Shown: positions 56,034-64,000 of the stretch, piece after piece | Layout of the letters: every line of letters starts with the position of its first letter | Numbering within the stretch: position 1 is the first letter of the stretch | Origin: an uncultured Gemmatimonadales bacterium | GTDB taxonomy: Bacteria > Gemmatimonadota > Gemmatimonadetes > Gemmatimonadales > GWC2-71-9 | Reading direction: 5' to 3' | Assembly (NCBI GenBank): GCA_963828735.1 | Contig: CAWHFW010000005.1 | Coordinates: 2,240,001-2,304,000 of the forward strand | DNA length: 64,000 nt | Program-made: the position numbers and the translations under genes | The notes under the pieces: model-generated | Databases searched by the model: none | What the model was told of the DNA's origin: nothing | The model's input: only the letters and a program-made list of their open reading frames with translations

Positions 56034-58646
56034 ATGCACGCCACCCGCGACCATCACCTTCCTCCCGATCCCGACGCCTATCGCCACGCTCCCCATCCCA
56101 AGGGACGGATCGTCGTCATTGCCCCGACGCGCGCCGCGTGCGAGACGATCGAGCTGGCGCTCGGGCTGCACCTGGACACGCTGCTCGAGCGCGAGCACGG
56201 CGCGGAGATCCGGTCGCTGGCCTCCTCGGGCAAGGGATTCGGCATCGTCGCGGGCACCGGGACCGGCAAGACGCTTGGGATCCGCCCGATCGCCGAGGCG
56301 ATCCTCAAGGAGCCCCTGGCCGTCGGCGTGGTGAACCGCGAGCGCGAGGCGACGCCGGCGACGCCGTCCTGGAACGTGGTGATCGTCACCACCGGCATCG
56401 CGCGGCGCTGGTTCCAGGACGACCTCATCACCGGACGCGACACGGTCATCGTCGACGAGATCCATCAGACGTCGGCGGAGCTCGAGCTGTGTCTGGCTTT
56501 GGGGAAGCGGGCCGGATGCCGCTACGTGTGGCTCAGTGCCACCGTGGATCCGGCGTTCTACGCGCGTTACCTCGACAGTGCCGAGGTGCTCGAGACGCAG
56601 GCGTTCGATCCCAGTCTCAAGGCAAAGGTCGAGGTGCTGCGGCAGCAACCCGACGAGTTCCTCAACGAGCGCTACATCCGTCACGTCATCAAGGAGAAGC
56701 GCGGGGTGGCGGTGTTCCTGCCCACCCGCGCCGAGGTGGAGCGGCTCGGCGTCGAGCTCGGTGAGCAATGGAAGCGGCTCACGACGGCGTTCTATCATGG
56801 CGGGGAGCCGATCCGCGTGATCCGTCCCTTTCTCGAGGGCGAGGTCGAGCGCCCGTTCCTGCTCGCGATGACCGCGGCGGGTCAGTCCGCCCTCAACGTC
56901 CGCGGCCTCGACACCGTCGTGATCTACGACGCGCGGTATGGCAACGTCGTGGAGCGTGGCCGGAACGTCCTTCACCGCCTCTATCTCGGCGCGAACGAGA
57001 TCCTGCAGATGGCCGGCCGGGTGCATGGCCGCGTCCCGAACGGGGAGGTCGTGATCCTGAGCGACCGGGACCTCGTGTTCGAGCGGCTCCAGCCAACCCC
57101 CCCGGAATTCCAGCTTGCGGGTGACGCGGAGCGCGTCGCCATCACCTGCGCGGCGCTCGGCGTCGACGCGGGCGACCTGGACCTCCCCGTGCCGCTGGAC
57201 CGCATCGCCTACCGACGGGCGCTCGGACTCCTGACCAGCCGAGGGTTGGTGGAGGACGGAAAGCTCACCGCCTACGGCCGCGATGTGGAGGCGATGCCGG
57301 TCGAGCGGCCGTGGGGAGAGCTGCTCGTGCATGCTGACCCCGAGCTCATGCCGATGGTGGCGGTCTGCTCCAACATCGACTCGCTGCACCGTATGACGCG
57401 GGAGGAGCGGGACCTCCATGGCGTGGTCGTGAACGGAAGCGACCACCTGACCGCGTACAACCTCTACGCGGAGGCGGTGAACCAGCACGGTTATCTGGGG
57501 GAGGTCTACGGGCTGCCCAGGCATCTGTTCGAGGACGGGTTGGCCGAATGGGCCGAGCGCCGGGGCGTCCTGGTCAAAGCCATCGAGGACACCGCGCTGG
57601 GCGTCGCCTCGGTGTATCGCTCGATCGAGTTCCCGCTCCCCAAGCAGCTGCCCTATGCGTCGAAGGATATCCGCCGGGAATGGGCCGAGCTGCTCGCCCG
57701 GTTCATGCCCTTCGATCTCGTGATCGACGAGCACACGGCCGATGGCCAGGAGGCGAGGGTCTCGAAGACGTCCGTCGCGGGGAGCTGGGGGGCCGTGGCG
57801 GGTTCGCTTCGATTCTTCGCCGACCGCTTCGGCGTCCCGCGCGCCTCGATCGAGGGGACGACCCTGTCCTACGATCTCGTGCGGGAGCACGCCACGCTCG
57901 GCGCCCCGCGCGTCGTGCTGAGCGGCCCCCGGAAGCACCAGGGTCTCGCGGTCGAGCGCCGCCGCAGCTACTTCGGATTCGAACTCGAAACCGAGGTCGA
58001 GCCGCTGCGGGACGGGGTTCCCGAGCCGCTCCGCGACACCGCCCGGGGCGTTCTGGCCGAAGCCTTGATCGAGGGCGAAACCGCGCATCCGGACCAGGGA
58101 CGGCTCCGGCGTGCCGTCGAAACCCTGGACGAGCTCTGGCGGCGCTCCGGAGGCACGCTCGATGCGGCGGCGCCGAACGCGGTCCGATCGCGGCTCCGTG
58201 CCCAACTCGAGCGCGTGATTGGCTGGGATGATTTCCTGCGGACGCGTGTACAGCTCGATCCCGGCGCGCTGATCGACGAAGCGACGCGGTCACGCCTCGA
58301 GGAGCTGCCATCGATGATCCGGCTCCGCGGGGATGCGGCCCCGCTCGACTACGAGGTCGCCGACGGACAAGCCGTGGCGCGCGTCCGGCTTCGGGAGGGC
58401 CAGGCCCGGCGCCTTCGCGAGGGCGACCTCCCGCCCCTCGACCGGCCGCTCCGCTTCGCCGTGGTCCGCGGCCGTCATCAGCCCATTCTGGCGGACAGCC
58501 TGGCCGACCTGCATGCCGAGCTGCGGAGGGCACCCAAGCCGTCCCGTCACGACGACGACCGAGCTCACCGGCCACGACCTGGCAAGGGTCCAAGAGGGGG
58601 ACCTCCCGGCCCCCGCCGCCATGGCCGGTCCCGACGGGGGCGGTAG
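56034..58646 (+). CDS. DEAH-box (HrpA/HrpB-like) helicase
   Basis: GTGTGKT, DEIH, SAT, VFLP, QMAGRV.GR. Confidence 0.82.
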   Translation: MHATRDHHLPPDPDAYRHAPHPKGRIVVIAPTRAACETIELALGLHLDTLLEREHGAEIRSLASSGKGFGIVAGTGTGKTLGIRPIAEAILKEPLAVGVVNREREATPATPSWNVVIVTTGIARRWFQDDLITGRDTVIVDEIHQTSAELELCLALGKRAGCRYVWLSATVDPAFYARYLDSAEVLETQAFDPSLKAKVEVLRQQPDEFLNERYIRHVIKEKRGVAVFLPTRAEVERLGVELGEQWKRLTTAFYHGGEPIRVIRPFLEGEVERPFLLAMTAAGQSALNVRGLDTVVIYDARYGNVVERGRNVLHRLYLGANEILQMAGRVHGRVPNGEVVILSDRDLVFERLQPTPPEFQLAGDAERVAITCAALGVDAGDLDLPVPLDRIAYRRALGLLTSRGLVEDGKLTAYGRDVEAMPVERPWGELLVHADPELMPMVAVCSNIDSLHRMTREERDLHGVVVNGSDHLTAYNLYAEAVNQHGYLGEVYGLPRHLFEDGLAEWAERRGVLVKAIEDTALGVASVYRSIEFPLPKQLPYASKDIRREWAELLARFMPFDLVIDEHTADGQEARVSKTSVAGSWGAVAGSLRFFADRFGVPRASIEGTTLSYDLVREHATLGAPRVVLSGPRKHQGLAVERRRSYFGFELETEVEPLRDGVPEPLRDTARGVLAEALIEGETAHPDQGRLRRAVETLDELWRRSGGTLDAAAPNAVRSRLRAQLERVIGWDDFLRTRVQLDPGALIDEATRSRLEELPSMIRLRGDAAPLDYEVADGQAVARVRLREGQARRLREGDLPPLDRPLRFAVVRGRHQPILADSLADLHAELRRAPKPSRHDDDRAHRPRPGKGPRGGPPGPRRHGRSRRGR

Positions 58647-58810
58647 CCGGCCATGGCGGGAGTCCCGGGTGCGGCCCGACGCTCCAATGTGCACCCGAGG
58701 CCGCGGTGGTCGTCTTGAAAGGGTGTATAATCCCAGGTCGAAGCCGCGTCGGCAGTTACCAGACGTCTACCTCTGAAACTCCGGGATTACGAGTGTCGTA
58801 CCCATTTACT

Positions 58811-59266
58811 ATGCCGGAAGCATCAGCACTCAATTCGCTCCCATCCGTCTTCTCGCCGCTCGCCAAAGCCCTGCTCGATGGGTTCAGTGAGGGCGTCGTG
58901 GTGTTCGACGTGGAAGGACGGTTGCTGTATGCAAACCAGCAGGCCCGGGAGGCGCTGGTCGGCATGGACTTGAGCGAGCACGCTCCCGACTTGATGCCGC
59001 GGCTCGCCGCTCTTGGCGGCCGTCTCCGGCCGCTGCGCGTGGGCGGGCTCGAGCTTGGCGAGGCGATGTTCATTCCGGGCATCGAAGGGCCCACGACGTT
59101 GGCGGCGCGGGAAAAGGAGGCTATCGTCAAGACACTCGACGCGAACAACTGGAAGCTCGCGGAGACGGCCAAGCACCTGGGCATCAGCCGTACCACCCTG
59201 TGGCGCCGTCTCAAGGCGTATGGGCTACACCGAGACGGCCGGAGCAAATGGGCGCAAACCTCCTAG
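58811..59266 (+). CDS. PAS + Fis-type HTH regulator
   Basis: EGVVVFDVEGRLLYANQQA; EKEAIVKTL...AKHLGISRTTLWRRLK. Confidence 0.82.
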   Translation: MPEASALNSLPSVFSPLAKALLDGFSEGVVVFDVEGRLLYANQQAREALVGMDLSEHAPDLMPRLAALGGRLRPLRVGGLELGEAMFIPGIEGPTTLAAREKEAIVKTLDANNWKLAETAKHLGISRTTLWRRLKAYGLHRDGRSKWAQTS

Positions 59267-61449
59267 CATTGTTGTGGTCCGCCGTCCTCCTTCAGTCCCC
59301 TCCAGCCGATACCGCCTCACCCTACACCAGTCCCGCCGTCCAACACCTCGTCGAGCGTGCCATGGCCCGCCGGCACGCGAGTGATTCCACCATCGCCGAC
59401 TACCAGGCGACGATCCGCTACCGGCTCTCCGTCGCGATCGGTCGGCGCGTCTGGTCGAAGGCTCCTCCATCCGCGGTGGAGGAACAGGTGGCGCGGATCC
59501 AGTGGCAGCAGCCCAACGATCTCCGGATCGACGTCATCGGGCGGCGCTTCCGCGCACGCAACCGGGATCTGGAGCTGTCCAGCGCGTGGGACCGGCCCTG
59601 GTTCGTGCCACGCGGTGTGGACGACTCCGTCCGCATCTTCAGCGACGACTTTCCGGCCACCGGCGCGCTGCACCCGCTCGCCCCCAGCGGTCCGACCTGG
59701 TACCGCTATGCGCTAACCGGCGACCTCACCGTCACGCCCGCCCGCGGCGGAGCGCTACGGCTCCTCAGGGTCCAGGTGACGCCACGGCGAAGCGGCCCGG
59801 CGCTGATCGCAGGCCAGATGTGGATCGACTCGGCGACGGCGCAGGTGGTGCGGCTCAGCTTCCGCTATATCGGGACGGCACTGTGGGTGCGGCCCGAGCC
59901 CGGACCACGCGGTCCCGACTCGACCAAGGCCCGTCGGCTCAACTCACTCGCCAATCGCATCGTGAGCATCGATGCCGATCTCGAGTATGGGCTGCAGGAG
60001 GGCCGATACTGGATGCCGTACCGCCAGGTGATCGCGGGTCGGATCCGGATCCCCGTGGTGAGCAACGTGGTCATTCCATTTCAGGCCACCACGACATTCG
60101 ATGACTACGCGATCAACACCGGGCGGGCGATCGCGTTCGAGGTCCCGTTGCCCGACAGCGCCGGATTGAGCCAGGACTCGCTCCGGGCGTTGCGCCGGCT
60201 CCGAGAAGATTCGCTTCGCGCGGAGCGCCGCGGAGGCCATGGCGACGGTGTGGACAGCCTTCGCGCGTGGGACTACGCGAATCGGTGGCCCGGGGGCCGC
60301 TACGAGCTGCACCGTCCCTCGAACGCGACGCTGGACCGGTACGGTGACTGGCCGGACTCCCTGTCGCTCGATCCCGACCCGGCGGACGCGCGCCGCCTGC
60401 GCGAGACGGAAACCGAGCTCGCCCGTCTCAGCGAGACCCTTCCGGATTCGCTGACCGGGGTCGAGGCGCACGGCTTCGCCTACGAGCGCCTGTCGGACGC
60501 GCTCCGCTACGATCGCGTCCAGGGTCTGTCGCTCGGTCTGGGCTATCGGGTGCGGATGCCGGGCATCCAGTTCGCCAATCTGTACGGGACGGTACGGTAT
60601 GGGTTCAGCGACGAACGAGTGACCGGTCGCCTCAGCCTCGTGCGCGATGCCCCGGAAGGCCGCCTCGCGCTGAGCGGGTATCGGGACATCGCGGGCGTAG
60701 ACCCGTTCTCGTCGGGACGGACGCTGGGCAACACGCTGAACGCCCTTTTCGTCGCCCACGACGATGCCGACTACCTGCTCGCCGAGGGCGGCGCGGCGAC
60801 GTTCGAGACCTCGCTTCGCTCGGGGCTCGACCTCATTCTGGGGGCCCGCGTCGAGCGGGAAACCAGCGTCAGTCGCCAGGCGGAATCCGCGGTGAACGAC
60901 GTCCTCGGGGGGGACGGCGTCTTCCCGTCGAACCCGCCGATCGACGAAGGCACCTTCGGCGGTGGGTCGGTGCGCCTGGCGCACACCGGGGGCATCCGGT
61001 GGAATCTCACGGCGGACGTGCTGGGAGGCGCCGGCCACGCGACCGGCCGCCTGTTCGGCGATATTCGGGCCGACGTGGGCGAGGCATCCGGCGGCACGCT
61101 CCGGCTCAAGGCGGGCATCGCGACGAGCCCGACACTCCAGCAATCCCGCTTCCGGTTGGGAGGCCAGGCCACCGTGCGCGGATTCGACTACGGCACGGGG
61201 ACCGGACAGGCCTTCTGGGCCGCGCAGCTGGATCTCGCGCCGATCCGCGGCCGCATTCGGCCCGTGGCGTTCGTGGATGCCGGCCAGGCGGCCAGCCCCG
61301 ACGATCTCTTCTCCAGCACCGTGCTCGCGGGGGCCGGCGTGGGCGTTTCCTTCTTCGGCGGCGCGCTTCGATTGGACCTGAGCCACCCGCTCACCCCGGA
61401 TTCCGGAGGCAAGGTGCGCTTCGACATCGTCGTCCAGGCGCCGCGATGA
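59248..61449 (+). CDS. Outer membrane protein with Omp85-like C-terminal barrel
   Basis: Signal-like N-terminus, RYDRVQGLSLG, LGG..TVRGFDY, AFVDAG, GVGVSF...LRLDLS; start uncertain. Confidence 0.65.
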   Translation: MGANLLALLWSAVLLQSPPADTASPYTSPAVQHLVERAMARRHASDSTIADYQATIRYRLSVAIGRRVWSKAPPSAVEEQVARIQWQQPNDLRIDVIGRRFRARNRDLELSSAWDRPWFVPRGVDDSVRIFSDDFPATGALHPLAPSGPTWYRYALTGDLTVTPARGGALRLLRVQVTPRRSGPALIAGQMWIDSATAQVVRLSFRYIGTALWVRPEPGPRGPDSTKARRLNSLANRIVSIDADLEYGLQEGRYWMPYRQVIAGRIRIPVVSNVVIPFQATTTFDDYAINTGRAIAFEVPLPDSAGLSQDSLRALRRLREDSLRAERRGGHGDGVDSLRAWDYANRWPGGRYELHRPSNATLDRYGDWPDSLSLDPDPADARRLRETETELARLSETLPDSLTGVEAHGFAYERLSDALRYDRVQGLSLGLGYRVRMPGIQFANLYGTVRYGFSDERVTGRLSLVRDAPEGRLALSGYRDIAGVDPFSSGRTLGNTLNALFVAHDDADYLLAEGGAATFETSLRSGLDLILGARVERETSVSRQAESAVNDVLGGDGVFPSNPPIDEGTFGGGSVRLAHTGGIRWNLTADVLGGAGHATGRLFGDIRADVGEASGGTLRLKAGIATSPTLQQSRFRLGGQATVRGFDYGTGTGQAFWAAQLDLAPIRGRIRPVAFVDAGQAASPDDLFSSTVLAGAGVGVSFFGGALRLDLSHPLTPDSGGKVRFDIVVQAPR

Positions 61450-62018
61450 AAGGTCTCGCTCGTCGCCTGGCGCTCCTGGCGGTGTTGGGACTTGCCTGCC
61501 GACCGGCGGACTCCGCGCCGACCGGACCGCGGCTTACGGCGCGGTGGACCGGCGCCGACACGGCCCAATTCTCCGGACCGATCGTCGGCGAGTGGTGCGA
61601 CTCGCTCCATCTGCTCGAGATCCGCGCGGTGGACGGCGATACCGGAGTCGGGATTGCGCTGTACCCGGCGGACACCATCGAAGCCGGGGAGTACCCCATT
61701 CGTGCCCCGGATGTGGCCGACACCACGCGACCCCCTTCGGCCGCGATCGGGCTCCGGTGGTTCTCGCAGACGTCGGTCATCGGCTTTCAGGGCGACAGCG
61801 GAGGCCTCACGCTGGAGCGACGGGCCGATGGGTCGCTGTCGGGGCGGTTCACCGCGGGGGCCCATCCACTCACCGGCAAGGGCCGACTGCACGTGACGGG
61901 GTCGTTCAATGGTCTCAGGACCACGACTGCCCCACGCAAGTGCGCCGGCCCGCCGGCCGCCGACACCATCCGCCGGGGCATCGGTGAAGGCGGGGAGGCC
62001 GAGGCGGATAGCGGTTAG
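61446..62018 (+). CDS. Hypothetical lipoprotein
   Basis: MKGLARRLALLAVLGLAC lipobox; ATGA overlap with the upstream stop. Confidence 0.65.
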   Translation: MKGLARRLALLAVLGLACRPADSAPTGPRLTARWTGADTAQFSGPIVGEWCDSLHLLEIRAVDGDTGVGIALYPADTIEAGEYPIRAPDVADTTRPPSAAIGLRWFSQTSVIGFQGDSGGLTLERRADGSLSGRFTAGAHPLTGKGRLHVTGSFNGLRTTTAPRKCAGPPAADTIRRGIGEGGEAEADSG

Positions 62019-62029
62019 ATTAGGGCGTC

Positions 62030-63241
62030 ATGGAGAGCACCTACTTCCGGCGCGGCTTCGGCCTCAAGGCCGAGATCGAAGGCCAGCTCACGGCCGACTA
62101 CCACAGTACGGTGGTCGAGGCGTTGCGCGCGCGGAACTACCGGCTGGACGTCGGGTCGCTGAGCTTCCGGCTGGCCCGCGAGTTCGGCTTCTGCTACGGC
62201 GTGGACCGCGCGGTGGACTACGCCTACGAGACCCGCCGCAAGTTCCCCGACCGGGTGCTCTACCTCGTCGGCGAAATCATTCACAACCCGCACGTCAACC
62301 AGAAGCTGCAGGATATGGGCGTGCGGTTCCTCGCCCGGAACGACGAGGGCCGCTTCGATTTCTCCGGCATCGGGGCCGAGGACGTGGTCATCCTCCCGGC
62401 CTTCGGCGTGACCATGGACGACTTCCAGCGGCTGCGCGCGCTCGGCTGCGTGCTGGTGGACACGACGTGCGGCTCGGTGCTCAACGTCTGGAAGCGGGTC
62501 GAGAGCTACGCCGGCGATGGGTACACCGCCGTGATCCACGGGAAGCACTACCACGAGGAGACCAAGGCCACCGCCAGTCAGGTGATGAAGTATCCGGGCG
62601 GCCGCTACCTCGTGGTGCTCAACATGGCGGAAGCGCGGATCGTCTGCGACTTCATCGAGCAGGGTGGCGACGCGGCCGCGATGGAGGCCAGGTTCGCCAA
62701 GGCGGTGTCTCCCGGGTTCGACTTCTCGCAGGACCTCGTCCGGGTGGGCATCGCGAACCAGACCACCATGCTGTCGGGCGAGTCGCTGGCCATCGCGGAG
62801 GAGATCCGGCGCAGCATCGAGCGGCGTTACGGCGTGGACGCCGTGGCGGACCACTTCCGCTCCTTCGACACGATCTGCTCGGCGACGCAGGAGCGGCAGG
62901 ACGCCGTGCTCGCGCTGGTCCAGGACCCGCTCGACGTGATGCTGGTGGTGGGCGGGTACAACTCGAGCAACACCTGCCACCTAGCGGCGCTGGTCCAGTC
63001 CCAGGGCATCCGCACCTTCCACATCGAGGACGCCGAGGGCGTGGACCCCGGTACCGGGACGATCCGCCACCAACCCATCGGGACCAAGCACGAGGACGTC
63101 ACCGCCGGCTGGCTCGGCGACGCGCGGATCGTCGGCATCACGGCCGGCGCCTCGACGCCGAACAACAAGGTCGGCGAGACGATCGCGCGCGTCTGCGTCC
63201 TGGCCGGCGTCGGCGAGGAGCTGCGCGCCCTGACGGCATGA
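62030..63241 (+). CDS. ispH: 4-hydroxy-3-methylbut-2-enyl diphosphate reductase
   Basis: GFCYGV, IIHNP, DTTC, HEET, NQTT, TICSATQERQ, SSNT, TAGASTP. Confidence 0.94.
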   Translation: MESTYFRRGFGLKAEIEGQLTADYHSTVVEALRARNYRLDVGSLSFRLAREFGFCYGVDRAVDYAYETRRKFPDRVLYLVGEIIHNPHVNQKLQDMGVRFLARNDEGRFDFSGIGAEDVVILPAFGVTMDDFQRLRALGCVLVDTTCGSVLNVWKRVESYAGDGYTAVIHGKHYHEETKATASQVMKYPGGRYLVVLNMAEARIVCDFIEQGGDAAAMEARFAKAVSPGFDFSQDLVRVGIANQTTMLSGESLAIAEEIRRSIERRYGVDAVADHFRSFDTICSATQERQDAVLALVQDPLDVMLVVGGYNSSNTCHLAALVQSQGIRTFHIEDAEGVDPGTGTIRHQPIGTKHEDVTAGWLGDARIVGITAGASTPNNKVGETIARVCVLAGVGEELRALTA

Positions 63242-63251
63242 CACCAGCCAC

Positions 63252-63908
63252 ATGGCCTTCCTGGACCTGAGCCACACCATCGAGCATGGGATGACGACGT
63301 ACCCGGGGCTTCCGGGTCCGGTCATCTGCGATTTCATGAGCCGGGAAGCCTCGCGCGGGCGCTATGCCCCGGGCGTCGAATTCCACATCGGCAAGATCGA
63401 GATGGTGGCCAACACGGGCACGTACCTGGACGCGCCGTTTCACCGCTACGCCGACGGGAAGGACCTGTCGCAGCTGCCCCTGGACTCCCTCGCCGGCCTC
63501 GATGCGGTGGTGGTTCGACCTCCCGCGGGGCGAGGTACCCAGGCGGTCGATCGCAACGCCCTGGAGGGGCGCGACGTGCGCGGCAAGGCCGTGCTCGTTC
63601 GGACCGGCTGGGACGTGCATTGGGGCACGCCGGCTTACCTCGAGGGCAACCCGTTCCTCACGGCGATGGCTGCCGAGTACCTGCTCGCGAACGGTGCGGC
63701 GCTCGTGGGGATTGATTCGCTCAACATCGACGACATCAGGGATGCAGAACGTCCCGTGCATTCAATCCTCCTCGGCGCCGGGGTCCCGATCGTCGAGCAC
63801 CTGTGCAATCTCGGGCCGCTGCCAGAGTCGGGCTTCCGCTTCTCGGCGGTGCCGGTCAAGGTGGCGGGCTTCGGGAGCTGGCCGGTTCGCGCCTTCGCGA
63901 CGCTGTAA
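63252..63908 (+). CDS. Cyclase family (kynurenine formamidase-like) protein
   Basis: DLSH, NTGTYLDAPFH, VRTGW, GIDS, PVH, IVEHL, PVRA. Confidence 0.85.
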   Translation: MAFLDLSHTIEHGMTTYPGLPGPVICDFMSREASRGRYAPGVEFHIGKIEMVANTGTYLDAPFHRYADGKDLSQLPLDSLAGLDAVVVRPPAGRGTQAVDRNALEGRDVRGKAVLVRTGWDVHWGTPAYLEGNPFLTAMAAEYLLANGAALVGIDSLNIDDIRDAERPVHSILLGAGVPIVEHLCNLGPLPESGFRFSAVPVKVAGFGSWPVRAFATL

Positions 63909-63920
63909 TCCGAAGCTTCC

Positions 63921-64000
63921 ATGTCCTACCGTCAGACCACCGTCTTCGGCTTTCCCGCCATCGCGCTTCGCTCCGACGAAATCGAGGTCGTCGTCGTGCC
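63921..64000 (+). CDS. Partial CDS, possibly galactose-mutarotase-like (runs off window end)
   Basis: MSYRQTTVFGFPAIALRSDEIEVVVVP. Confidence 0.45.
   Translation, partial: MSYRQTTVFGFPAIALRSDEIEVVVV

Noticed and set aside
1..64000. Numerous long overlapping ORFs (e.g. 6979..9438, 24090..25559, 29726..31582, 55983..58205)
   Set aside because: High-GC shadow frames antisense or out of frame to motif-supported genes
1..64000. Integrase, transposase, tRNA or att sites bounding the C1 island
   Set aside because: None recognised, and composition looks similar to the flanks, so recent horizontal transfer is not supported

Overview
High-GC bacterial window; gene content and style suggest Gemmatimonadota (inference). 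No rRNA, tRNA, CRISPR or mobile element was seen. The core is a ~33 kb one-carbon oxidation island (about 18.9-51.8 kb, mostly minus strand) with two parts. The first is a lanthanide-type methanol dehydrogenase operon: xoxF with the D-Y-D motif, xoxJ, a cytochrome c, a pentapeptide-repeat protein, a YVTN lipoprotein and two tandem exported JAB/MPN-like paralogs. The second is a near-complete H4MPT/methylofuran formaldehyde-oxidation set: fae, mtd, fhcBADC, mch, mptG, pabAB, a DHPS-like gene, mfnB/E/F-like genes, RimK/ATP-grasp ligases, CitG-like, HisA-like and PTPS genes. Unusual passengers in the island include DUF1464, a tandem-EthD lipoprotein, an SDR and a GGDEF-EAL sensor. xoxF and fae have very similar near-consensus sigma70 promoters with colinear leader motifs, and xoxF has a ~715 nt leader. 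A SelW/Rdx selenoprotein (CxxU with a SECIS-like hairpin) missed by the ORF track lies upstream of pfkA. Five single-base frameshifts (one in the ompA-like gene, one in fhcA, three in fhcB) look like sequencing errors. The flanks hold envelope and housekeeping genes. All family assignments come from motif recognition by eye, not database searches.
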